Virus record (IMG/VR): IMGVR_UViG_3300044974_000464
Span: 1-30,977 of that record
Source: a virus
Taxonomy: Duplodnaviria; Caudoviricetes
Strand: one strand, 5' to 3'
Length of the DNA stretch: 30,977 bases
The translations under genes and the position numbers were made by a program. This document shows, piece after piece, positions 18,550 to 27,283 of the stretch; within the stretch, counting starts at the first letter, position 1, and the number at the start of each line of letters is the position of its first letter. The notes under the pieces were generated by a model. That model made no database searches. It worked only from the letters and a program-made list of their open reading frames with translations, and was not told where the DNA came from.

Positions 18550-19410
18550 ATGTTAACTTTAAAAAAGTATCTACAAAATTTAGGAATCGAACCGAGCGAT
18601 GAACTCATTGCCAAATTAACGGCAGCGGACGCTGAAGATGATGACACCGTTCAGGACTTGTTATCTAAGTCGCAAACCTACGCCCGTCCTTTTTTGGAAT
18701 CGGAATTCAGCGAAAAGATGAGTGACGAACGCAAATCAATGAAGGGAAAATACTTCAAAGAAATGGTGCAAAAGTTCAACAAGCAATTCGGGAACCTGTT
18801 GACATCGGGAGAAATAGATAAGATTTTGTCTAACCCCGAAAATCAGGGCCAAACATTTGATGCCGTCATTGCCTCTATTCATGCCAAAGCCATTGAGCAG
18901 TTATCACCGAAAGAAAGCGCGGAATTACGTCAAATGTTGGACGCGGCCAATGCAGAGAAAAACACATTAAAGGAACAACTTGAAGCCAAGGATTCGGAAT
19001 ACGAACAGCGTTTAAACGCCCGTATTTCAGAGATTGAAACCGACCGAACTTTGGATTCGGAGTTATCCCGTGCCGTTTCAGCTATTACAAGCCTGAACCC
19101 AACAGCAGCAGCTAAACTGATTCGTTCAGAACTCAAAGCCCGTGCCGTAATCAAGGCCGGTAATGATGGAAGATTGAGCCTTTACGACATCAAGAACCCG
19201 GAAACACCATTAAAGAAATCAGGAACAGAATTATATACCTTTGATGCGCTTGTGGCTGATATTGCCCGCGAAAATGAACTACCGGCGAAGAAATCAGCAG
19301 GCAATGAGAAGGTAATAACGCAATCGCAACAGGAACCAAAGCAAATGGGAGCCGCTGCGAAATCAGCCGCTTCACTTGCTGAGGTTATGGCCGGAGTGAC
19401 TGCAGACTAA
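18550..19410 (+). CDS. Capsid scaffolding protein
   Basis: Coiled-coil, charged protein directly upstream of the major capsid gene. Confidence 0.7.
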   Translation: MLTLKKYLQNLGIEPSDELIAKLTAADAEDDDTVQDLLSKSQTYARPFLESEFSEKMSDERKSMKGKYFKEMVQKFNKQFGNLLTSGEIDKILSNPENQGQTFDAVIASIHAKAIEQLSPKESAELRQMLDAANAEKNTLKEQLEAKDSEYEQRLNARISEIETDRTLDSELSRAVSAITSLNPTAAAKLIRSELKARAVIKAGNDGRLSLYDIKNPETPLKKSGTELYTFDALVADIARENELPAKKSAGNEKVITQSQQEPKQMGAAAKSAASLAEVMAGVTAD

Positions 19411-19421
19411 AAGACACTTGC

Positions 19422-19562
19422 AACCCGCCGTTTGGTTACGGCACATAGAACAAACAACATTTGGTGCGTGGGAGTACCTAATAAACACCCACAAGTATTA
19501 AAAATGTTGGCGGTTCCTGCCTTTGAAGTGGAACAAAAGAATTTATAATTGTTCACTTCAAA
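19422..19562 (+). promoter_or_regulatory. Multi-hairpin leader upstream of the major capsid gene
   Basis: Stems GCCGT/ACGGC; CAACATTT/AAATGTTG enclosing GTGGG/CCCAC; TTTGAAGTG/CACTTCAAA ending 11 nt before the ATG. Confidence 0.5.
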
Positions 19563-19573
19563 ACTAAAAAACA

Positions 19574-20647
19574 ATGTCTAATAATTGCACCCCTAACGTA
19601 CAGAAAGGGATTTTTGACCTCTATCAAAACAGAGGATTTCAGGCCCAAACGGGTCTAATCGACGCGGCTTTCTCCGCTCAAAACGGCGCTCAGGTTCAGG
19701 CGCAAATGATTCAACAAAACGGCCTTGATTCAAAGTATTCAATCACTTACCCATCAGAGGTTTGTAACGCCGTTGTTGATTCGTCAACGATTGCATGTAG
19801 TGATGTCCCTGTTGAAACGGGCGCGCCAACATGTGAATCATTTGATTCGTTCACAGGTCGTTCAAGTATCTGGTTTAAAACGGGTGTTTCTCGTTTCCGT
19901 GACTTAGGTAGCTTGACGGTTCAACAAAACATGTTTCATGCCGTTTATCAGCAAATGCAGAAATTAAAGGCTGAGGCTGATTTAATCGGTATCACAAGTT
20001 TGAACACAAACGCCGGTGAAATCAACAGCACAACAGCTACGCGCTTGTTGAAGTTGGTGGACTTTGAAACGGGTAAACCTTACCCTCACTCAATCACCAT
20101 GATTGAAAACGATTTCGCAGATGCAGGATACCCGACAATGCCGCTTTTAATCGGTAACCGTCAAATCAACTATTTGCGCAACGCTTCAAATCGTGGTGGT
20201 GTAAGCGATCAAGGATTCAACAATGCGAACTTGTTGGACATCCCTGCATTCTATGACATCAACATCAATGCAACCAATACAGCGCCTACATCGGGCGGTA
20301 ACGAGGTTGTGTTTGCAGTTCAGCCGCAAATCGTGAACCTGTTAACATGGTCTGAGAATTCAGGCATGTTTGCAAGCCGTAACGGTGAGATTGATTGGTC
20401 AAACATGGACCCGATGGACTTGATTAACACGAACAACGACAGCTACATGCATACGGTCTTACAAGACCCTGCGACAGGCATGTTGTTTGATTTCGACTTG
20501 GTTTATGACCCACGTTGTAAGTTGTTCACATGGAAGATTGACCTGAAATTTAAGTGGTTAATCCTGAATCTGACCGGATGCAAATTCGCAGATTTTAACG
20601 GCATTATCAAATACGATATTTGTCCTTTTGCTGACCCAGCTTGTTAA
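19574..20647 (+). CDS. Major capsid protein
   Basis: 357 aa, after the scaffold gene and followed by a strong terminator; A-rich leader. Confidence 0.75.
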   Translation: MSNNCTPNVQKGIFDLYQNRGFQAQTGLIDAAFSAQNGAQVQAQMIQQNGLDSKYSITYPSEVCNAVVDSSTIACSDVPVETGAPTCESFDSFTGRSSIWFKTGVSRFRDLGSLTVQQNMFHAVYQQMQKLKAEADLIGITSLNTNAGEINSTTATRLLKLVDFETGKPYPHSITMIENDFADAGYPTMPLLIGNRQINYLRNASNRGGVSDQGFNNANLLDIPAFYDININATNTAPTSGGNEVVFAVQPQIVNLLTWSENSGMFASRNGEIDWSNMDPMDLINTNNDSYMHTVLQDPATGMLFDFDLVYDPRCKLFTWKIDLKFKWLILNLTGCKFADFNGIIKYDICPFADPAC

Positions 20648-20652
20648 TTAGT

Positions 20653-20686
20653 AAACAGGGCGGGTTATGCCTGCCCTGTTTCATTT
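20653..20686 (+). terminator. Intrinsic terminator after the major capsid gene
   Basis: AAACAGGGCGGG-TTATG-CCTGCCCTGTTT followed by CATTT. Confidence 0.75.
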
Positions 20687-20700
20687 AAAATCAAAAATAA

Positions 20701-21687
20701 ATGGCTTGTTTAGATAACATCATTGCGATTAAGGACCCATGCACAGGGGTATCGGACGTAACCCCTTTAAGCGGTTACCACATCAACGATTACCCGGGCA
20801 TTACTATGCAATTCGCAGCCAACGCAGCAGATGAACGCACACAGACCGGGTTAAAGTTCCTTCAGGACGTAAGACGGCGGGCAATGATGAAACTGAACGC
20901 TGATATTAAGGCTTATATTAATTCGGAGTATAGGGTTAATTCAATACCGTTTGATGTTTACAAAGCGTCTGAATTTGTCACGCCTTCAACGGTCGTAACA
21001 ACAGGGAGCGCAGGTAACAGGCGCGGGGTTGTTGTATCGAAGGTGAAGGTTTGGTGTAGGTTGTTTAAGATGTGCGTTACCCGTGTTCGTATCTACTCGA
21101 ATCAAACAATAGATACGACATTGAGAATTACCGATGTAGGAACCGGCACGGCTTATAACGTAGCGGTTTCATTAGTAGCGGGTAACATAACGACATTGAA
21201 TCTAAACAAGGTCTTAGAAGGCGTTGAAGTTCAGGTAACTTTGCCGTCTGATATTAGCCTTTACAGCGCTAAACCAAATTGCGGGTGTCATGCTGATAAA
21301 AACTACCTGCTCACACAAGGCATAAGTTACAGCGGTGGAAACTACACATTAAATTCAAATGAAACCTACGGGATTGAGGTTGATATGATTTTGAAATGTG
21401 ATTTGGATAGCATTGTTTGTGACATGGCTACGGATGGGCTGATTGGTCAAGCCGCTTATGAATTATGTGGTGCTATGGCTTATGATGAATTGTTGAGAAA
21501 CAACCGAATGAACTATTTGACCATCTATAAAGCCGAAGAAATCAAGGCGCAGGCCGTCGCAGGTTTTGAGGCTTATCGTGACTACATGGATAAAGCCATG
21601 ATGGGAATGAGGCAATACCTTACCCGTATGGATGGCGGCTGTAAATGTGTGGACTGCTCAGGTTTACAAATCAAAGCGAATGTGTAA
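20701..21687 (+). CDS. Putative head-tail adaptor/structural protein, Cys-rich
   Basis: First gene after the capsid; helical ends around a beta insert; 12 Cys including C-terminal CKCVDC. Confidence 0.55.
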   Translation: MACLDNIIAIKDPCTGVSDVTPLSGYHINDYPGITMQFAANAADERTQTGLKFLQDVRRRAMMKLNADIKAYINSEYRVNSIPFDVYKASEFVTPSTVVTTGSAGNRRGVVVSKVKVWCRLFKMCVTRVRIYSNQTIDTTLRITDVGTGTAYNVAVSLVAGNITTLNLNKVLEGVEVQVTLPSDISLYSAKPNCGCHADKNYLLTQGISYSGGNYTLNSNETYGIEVDMILKCDLDSIVCDMATDGLIGQAAYELCGAMAYDELLRNNRMNYLTIYKAEEIKAQAVAGFEAYRDYMDKAMMGMRQYLTRMDGGCKCVDCSGLQIKANV

Positions 21688-22241
21688 TGTGGGAGGAGTT
21701 TATCAATAGAATCGAAGGCATGGCCGAAAATCTTGACAGACAAATGCCAGACGTATTGGCAATTGAAACAATGGCTGAACTAATGGCTATGCACAAGAAA
21801 CGTGTATTTGATTTGGGATTGAATTCAGACGGGGTACAGATTGGTGAATACTCAACAGACCCGGCTTATTTTTCAAAGTCTGCATTCATCAGAAAGGCTG
21901 CGTTTAAGCAACAAGGCAAAGAAAAGAAAGGTAAGTTTAAGAACGGAAACGAGCGCAAATCCATGTTTATAACTACGGGTTATTCAGGATTCAGGCAAAT
22001 ACAAGGGCGTGAAATCGACAATGTGAAAACCAAATTTAGCGGGGATTTAGAACGGAGCTTTCAGGTAGTAAAAGTAGGCGAAGCCGTTTATTACGGAACA
22101 ACCAATCAAGGCGCTTCGGATAAGTTCGAAGGCATGACTGAGAAATACGGCGAAATATACCCGCTCACAACCGAAGAAAAACAATTTATGCGTGAGGACG
22201 TAATAAAACAAGCAATCATCATAGATAAACGCACGAACTAA
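21687..22241 (+). CDS. Putative neck/tail-completion protein
   Basis: ATG overlaps the upstream TAA; basic protein with a FSGDLERS motif, as in virion morphogenesis proteins. Confidence 0.55.
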   Translation: MWEEFINRIEGMAENLDRQMPDVLAIETMAELMAMHKKRVFDLGLNSDGVQIGEYSTDPAYFSKSAFIRKAAFKQQGKEKKGKFKNGNERKSMFITTGYSGFRQIQGREIDNVKTKFSGDLERSFQVVKVGEAVYYGTTNQGASDKFEGMTEKYGEIYPLTTEEKQFMREDVIKQAIIIDKRTN

Positions 22242-22242
22242 A

Positions 22243-22725
22243 ATGAAAGAGATATTAGAAGCCATACGAGATTTTGCGCTCACGAAGTACGCCACGTTTA
22301 TAACGGGGTCGGCTCCTGTGCGCAAAATAGAGGGCAAAGATATTCTCACGGATTACGACGGGCAAAACTTCGAAGGCATAACCGACACCAAAACAAAACA
22401 TTTCTACATTCGTTTCACAGGCCGAACTAACTACGATGCACAACGACGGGGAGCAAATGTTCAGTTCTATTCGGCGGTAAGTGAGTGCCGAATCGTTGGG
22501 GTGTATGCCAATGGTGATGCCGAAGAAATACTAACTACATTAATCAATTCGGTAACGGCTAAAGGCCATACCGTTTTGCGTTCAAATACAGAATCTACGA
22601 CGGTGTTCAGAGAAGAAACCGGCAAGGATTTGACAAATAAAAACTTGACTTTGGTATCTGTTGACTTCAATATAACTCAACTCATATCGGGTCGTAATTG
22701 TTCACTAAACCCATGCGATTGTTAA
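22243..22725 (+). CDS. Putative tail terminator-like structural protein
   Basis: Size and context; C-terminal CSLNPCDC. Confidence 0.45.
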   Translation: MKEILEAIRDFALTKYATFITGSAPVRKIEGKDILTDYDGQNFEGITDTKTKHFYIRFTGRTNYDAQRRGANVQFYSAVSECRIVGVYANGDAEEILTTLINSVTAKGHTVLRSNTESTTVFREETGKDLTNKNLTLVSVDFNITQLISGRNCSLNPCDC

Positions 22726-23412
22726 ATGTGCTGCAATAACCCAACAGATTTAGGATGTAAAAATAGCTGTGAAGCCATAACGCTTGACATTGGCGTAACG
22801 GGTCAAAGAAAAATATTTATCCGATACGACCTAAACGGGGCCGAAGTTGAACGCGCCTATACCGTTGACATGGATAGCGAAATCCTGACTTTGCCCGCTG
22901 ATTTCTTTAACGAAGATTTAGATACAACCTTTGGTGTGTTCGACCAAAACGGTACTCAATTGGCATGCGCAAAGGTCAAGATAATGCCATGCGCTAAATC
23001 GGGAGAAATAGAAACTAATACCGTTGATACAAGTTGTTTGATAGGCTTCATCTCATGCACAACTAATACGCTTACCGTTGAGGTTGCTATACAATTCAGT
23101 GATAACGCCGCCATTGAGGACGGAACGGTTATAAGGTTGGGCTTTGTGAGTAGTGTTGATTCATTTACGCCCGATATTGAAGTACCGCCGGGCGTTACAT
23201 GGCTTGATGTCAACAATGATAACGAAATCATCATTCTCGATGCCGCTGCTATGTTTGCCGGTGCTGGCTGCATTGTAAGGGTTAAGACCAACAACTCAGG
23301 CTGTACTAATACCATTGACATCAAAACACAAGTCGAAAGCTATGACGGCCTTGCAGCGGGCTACAACGTAGGAAATAATCCTTATTCACCAATTTATATC
23401 TATACACCATGA
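22726..23412 (+). CDS. Cys-rich putative structural protein
   Basis: Starts MCCNNPTDLGCKNSC; beta-rich and acidic. Confidence 0.5.
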   Translation: MCCNNPTDLGCKNSCEAITLDIGVTGQRKIFIRYDLNGAEVERAYTVDMDSEILTLPADFFNEDLDTTFGVFDQNGTQLACAKVKIMPCAKSGEIETNTVDTSCLIGFISCTTNTLTVEVAIQFSDNAAIEDGTVIRLGFVSSVDSFTPDIEVPPGVTWLDVNNDNEIIILDAAAMFAGAGCIVRVKTNNSGCTNTIDIKTQVESYDGLAAGYNVGNNPYSPIYIYTP

Positions 23413-23786
23413 CAACTGAATTTATACTAACTTATTTGATATTTGCCTTCGCCTCCGTCGGGATCGGAAATCTTTATTTGTACCTGATTCGTCCTGCGCA
23501 GTTGTTCGCTTTCATGCAGCGACCGATTGCGTATTTCAGCGACAAACCCGGCATACTTTCGAAGTTTATTTATAAGTCAATCGGGGGCTGTGGGGTATGC
23601 ACCGTGCAACGATTTACAGACCTTACGTTTGCGTTCCTGATTTATCACTTTGAACTGCCGGGCCAAACATGGGCCGTTTGCCTTGAATGGTTTGGGTTCT
23701 ATATCTTATTTGGAGGCCTATCGTTCTACGCTCAAGCACTTGCACAAAAGCAGCCAAATGAAACCATTAAAAACATTGATTTATGA
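23409..23786 (+). CDS. Membrane protein with a CxxC motif
   Basis: About three hydrophobic segments and GGCGVC (DUF1360-like pattern). Confidence 0.55.
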   Translation: MTTEFILTYLIFAFASVGIGNLYLYLIRPAQLFAFMQRPIAYFSDKPGILSKFIYKSIGGCGVCTVQRFTDLTFAFLIYHFELPGQTWAVCLEWFGFYILFGGLSFYAQALAQKQPNETIKNIDL

Positions 23787-24067
23787 CCACTAAACAATTC
23801 AGGGCGGGTGATTCCGTTTATCTAATTCAATACGGCGGGTTTGATTACTTGGCATATAGCCGAACACCCGTGAGGGGTACGGTTTTTAAACGTCAAGGGA
23901 CGACCGTGACAGGTAGCGTATCTTCTGCTTATTCCGGTTCGTTTGATGATGACGTAATTGCACAACTAAATGAGGTCGATTACATCACAGATGATAACGG
24001 TAACGCCTTTTATCAAGTCGTAAACTATCAGATAAACAACGGAATCACAAGACCACCAACAGCGTAA
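23783..24067 (+). CDS. Hypothetical protein
   Basis: Coupled ORF in the late operon. Confidence 0.55.
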   Translation: MTTKQFRAGDSVYLIQYGGFDYLAYSRTPVRGTVFKRQGTTVTGSVSSAYSGSFDDDVIAQLNEVDYITDDNGNAFYQVVNYQINNGITRPPTA

Positions 24068-24070
24068 CCC

Positions 24071-24595
24071 ATGCCATTCTATATTGATGATAATAGCATA
24101 ATTGAGAACAAACGCCGTGAGGTATTGTTATACTCAGACCTTGACCAGACCTCAGACGGTCCGGCTTCGAAGGGGTATGTGGATGCGCATTCAGGGGGTA
24201 TGGTTGTGACTACCATCGAAGTCGATTTAGGTCGCACCCCGTTAAGCAGAGGAACATTCACCGTAACGGATGCAGGGGTGACATCAACTACAAAAATTAT
24301 GATATGGCAGGCCATGACATCATTAACGGGTAAGGGTTCATTAGCAGATGAAAACGAAATGGATACGTTACTGCTCAAGGCCACAGCGGGTTCAGGTAAC
24401 TTCAAAGTTAATTGGGAGGCAAACGAGGGGTTTGTATTGGCTCCTGTCATAACAGGCGGATTCGTAAACGGAGGGATTTTGACATCAAGACCAAACACAG
24501 GTGCGTATCCAACAGCAGACATAAACCGACTTTTCAGGACGGTTAAACTCGGTAAGGTAGTCGGCAAATTCAAATTTAATTACATAAAAATATAA
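24071..24595 (+). CDS. Putative tail fibre-associated/structural protein
   Basis: PASKGYVD motif (typical of fibre proteins); beta-rich. Confidence 0.45.
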   Translation: MPFYIDDNSIIENKRREVLLYSDLDQTSDGPASKGYVDAHSGGMVVTTIEVDLGRTPLSRGTFTVTDAGVTSTTKIMIWQAMTSLTGKGSLADENEMDTLLLKATAGSGNFKVNWEANEGFVLAPVITGGFVNGGILTSRPNTGAYPTADINRLFRTVKLGKVVGKFKFNYIKI

Positions 24596-24598
24596 ACA

Positions 24599-25279
24599 AT
24601 GGCAATCATTCAATCAGGGGCTTCAGATAGCGTAATCGTAAACATTGGCGAAGCAGCCGCAAAGGGCTTGCATAACATCGCAAAACCACAGGATTACGGC
24701 ACATTGGGCCACTATGCCGTATCGGTTCAAACCGGCTCAATCGGGGCGGGGTCGGCTGCAAATAGCGAACTTGTACAATTACGTTGGACGGATTCGACAA
24801 GGGTTTGCGTTATCACCGAAATCGTATGCAATGGGATGGTAGCATTTACCGCTTTTGCTGCGGGTTCAATTACCTTAAATGCAACTATTTGTAGAGGTTG
24901 GTCAGGCGATGGGTCAGGCGGTACTCCAATCACTTTGACGGGTGACACAAACCAACTCAGAGCATCTATGGGCGCTTCACTCATGGGTAGTGCAAGGGTG
25001 TCAACAACGGCAGCATTGACGGCAGGAACAAAAACCATTGACTCCCAACCAATCGGAATGATTACCTCTCATTCAAGCGGTGGGGTCGCTTCAGCTACGC
25101 CCATAATCGGTAGTATCTACCTACCAACACCACAGCTATACAAGTGCGACCTTGCAAGCGGTGAGCATCCTATCACATTGGTTCAAAACGAAGGTTTGAT
25201 TATTCGTTCAACTGTTCCGGCAACGGGCGTATGGGTGGCAGGTTTTACAATCAAATGGATGGAATTATCAGTATTTTAA
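24599..25279 (+). CDS. Putative structural protein (Gly/Ala/Ser/Thr-rich beta protein)
   Basis: Composition and context. Confidence 0.5.
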   Translation: MAIIQSGASDSVIVNIGEAAAKGLHNIAKPQDYGTLGHYAVSVQTGSIGAGSAANSELVQLRWTDSTRVCVITEIVCNGMVAFTAFAAGSITLNATICRGWSGDGSGGTPITLTGDTNQLRASMGASLMGSARVSTTAALTAGTKTIDSQPIGMITSHSSGGVASATPIIGSIYLPTPQLYKCDLASGEHPITLVQNEGLIIRSTVPATGVWVAGFTIKWMELSVF

Positions 25280-25303
25280 TCACAAACTAAAAAATAATAA
25301 ATC

Positions 25304-25612
25304 ATGACTTATTACAACATCGACACCACATCGCATGGAAATGCTGATGTATCAATCATCATTACCGAATGCACTGCATTAGGAGTAAGCACACCAGCTG
25401 AAAATTATTCTTTTGCGCAATATCATGACCCGATAATATATTACGTTGCGGGTGATGCACAAGGTGCAGCTTACTTTCAAATCGTTTCGCATGAAGGGCG
25501 CAACTCGCCTATCCTTACAAAGGATAACGTAATTAAATTAAACGGAACGGCTCACGGACGCGCAACTACGCAAGCATTGGCAAATGCGATTATGGGTTTA
25601 ATTACAAACTAA
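25304..25612 (+). CDS. Hypothetical protein
   Basis: ORF with an A-rich leader. Confidence 0.55.
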   Translation: MTYYNIDTTSHGNADVSIIITECTALGVSTPAENYSFAQYHDPIIYYVAGDAQGAAYFQIVSHEGRNSPILTKDNVIKLNGTAHGRATTQALANAIMGLITN

Positions 25613-25625
25613 AAAATAAACAATC

Positions 25626-25991
25626 ATGGCAGCGGACGAAATTAAGGAATACGGGGGTTGGATTACGACGATATGCTTACTAATCGGGGCAGCGGTTCGG
25701 GCATGGATTGACCTCGCGAAAAAGAAAACAGAAACGGACGGAAAGATTAAGCTAAAAAAAGAAGAGGTGGCTAAATTGGGGCGCGATGAAATAATGACCC
25801 AATACAATGAACTGCAAAAGGAGTTTAAGTTAGTCATGGGTCAACTCGAAGAGATACAGACGCAAATGATTGAGATACGTTCAGCGTTCGATGTATTGAT
25901 GCCGTTTCTTGAGAAAGCCGTAACTGATAACACCGAACTAAAAAACGCCATGGACAAGGCCGTTTCGAAATTGAAATTAAATAACGCTTAA
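25626..25991 (+). CDS. Holin-like/membrane protein (N-terminal TM plus coiled coil)
   Basis: TM segment GGWITTICLLIGAAVRAWI followed by a coiled coil; upstream of the endolysin. Confidence 0.5.
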   Translation: MAADEIKEYGGWITTICLLIGAAVRAWIDLAKKKTETDGKIKLKKEEVAKLGRDEIMTQYNELQKEFKLVMGQLEEIQTQMIEIRSAFDVLMPFLEKAVTDNTELKNAMDKAVSKLKLNNA

Positions 25992-26003
25992 AAACTATAA
26001 ATC

Positions 26004-26171
26004 ATGCACATCATCAATTTAATTCAGGAGCATTGGGAGCCAATTACAACGGCTGCAATTGCGGTTTATGAAGTCATTATCCGTTTAGTTCCGACCTCAA
26101 AAAGTTGGAGTCTATTCACGTTATTGGGGCGTCTGATTCCTGATAAAACAACTGAAAACGAAGCACGATGA
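26004..26171 (+). CDS. Small holin-like protein (55 aa)
   Basis: MHIINLIQEHWEPITTAAIAVYEVIIRLVPTSKSWSLFTLLGRLIPDKTTENEAR*; not in the ORF track; TGA overlaps the next ATG. Confidence 0.55.
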   Translation: MHIINLIQEHWEPITTAAIAVYEVIIRLVPTSKSWSLFTLLGRLIPDKTTENEAR

Positions 26172-26377
26172 CCACCATCCAACGCATTACAACAATCCTA
26201 TCAGGGTTAGGGATTAGCTATCACTTGCATTACGACTGCAATACGCCAAGTGTAGTAACCGTATCGACCTCAGTAACTGATTCGGTTCTATTCAAAGATG
26301 AACTAACCATAGCGGGTATCTTTTTTGAGCATATCGGAATTGAACAGGGCGGACCAATAACTAAAGTATATTTATGA
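26168..26377 (+). CDS. Hypothetical protein
   Basis: Coupled to both neighbours by ATGA overlaps. Confidence 0.5.
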   Translation: MTTIQRITTILSGLGISYHLHYDCNTPSVVTVSTSVTDSVLFKDELTIAGIFFEHIGIEQGGPITKVYL

Positions 26378-26937
26378 TTGACCGAAAAAGATTATTCGAT
26401 ACCGTAAGGCCGTTGTTTGTAAAGTATAATGCAAAGCAGATTCAGGGCATTGATGCGATAATTGATGAATACGAACAAAAGTATTCAGAAATAGGCATTA
26501 AGGGATTGGCGTATTGTTTGGCCACCGTGTTTCATGAAACAGCAAAGACCATGCAGCCAATTGTTGAATTTGGCAAAGGCAAGGGCCGTCCTTATGGCAA
26601 CAAGATTCGAATGGACCGAAAGCCGTACACAACACCCGACCAATTATACTATGGGCGTGGATTCGTTCAGCTAACATGGTATGAGAATTATCAGAAAGCC
26701 GGTAAAAAGTTGGGTATTGATTTGCTGAACAATCCTGAATTGGCCTGTGATTTAGAAATTGCAACCGATATCATGTTTGAAGGTATGATTCATGGATGGT
26801 TTACAGGTCGGAAACTATCACAATATTTCAGCGAAACAAAAACCGATTGGATTAATGCCCGGAAGATTATCAACGGGCGGGATAAGGATGTGTTAATTGC
26901 GGGTTATGCTCAGGCTTTTTTCAATGGACTAAAATAA
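26374..26937 (+). CDS. Endolysin, glycoside hydrolase family 19
   Basis: LATVFHET, YYGRGFVQLTWYENY and ARKIING motifs. Confidence 0.88.
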   Translation: MIDRKRLFDTVRPLFVKYNAKQIQGIDAIIDEYEQKYSEIGIKGLAYCLATVFHETAKTMQPIVEFGKGKGRPYGNKIRMDRKPYTTPDQLYYGRGFVQLTWYENYQKAGKKLGIDLLNNPELACDLEIATDIMFEGMIHGWFTGRKLSQYFSETKTDWINARKIINGRDKDVLIAGYAQAFFNGLK

Positions 26938-26981
26938 AAATAATGCATAAAAACTTTTTCATAGGTAGGTTTAAAAAGAAC

Positions 26982-27016
26982 GCCCTGACTTGTCTAAGTC
27001 GGGGTTTGTTATTTAT
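26982..27016 (+). terminator. Intrinsic terminator after the endolysin
   Basis: GCCCTGACTT-GTCT-AAGTCGGGGT followed by TTGTTATTTATT. Confidence 0.7.
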
Positions 27017-27034
27017 TACTTTAAATTAATCATC

Positions 27035-27283
27035 ATGCCCAAAAAAGTAAAAGTTGAATATAAAAAACTACGATATGCAAGGGGGTATTTTTACACCCCT
27101 GAAAACAAAATTGAAATAGATAGCAGGCTTGAAGGCGAAGAACTGCTGAATACATTGATTCATGAATACACGCATTATTTGCAGCCGTATCTTGATGAGG
27201 CCCAAGTCGAAATGATTGGAAATGAAATGGCGAAATTTTTAATACAACATGGATATGAGAGAAGAGACACTAAAAGTAGGTAA
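27035..27283 (+). CDS. Small zincin-like metalloprotein
   Basis: IEIDSRL...TLIHEYTH (HExxH) followed by E; ATG 27035. Confidence 0.7.
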   Translation: MPKKVKVEYKKLRYARGYFYTPENKIEIDSRLEGEELLNTLIHEYTHYLQPYLDEAQVEMIGNEMAKFLIQHGYERRDTKSR

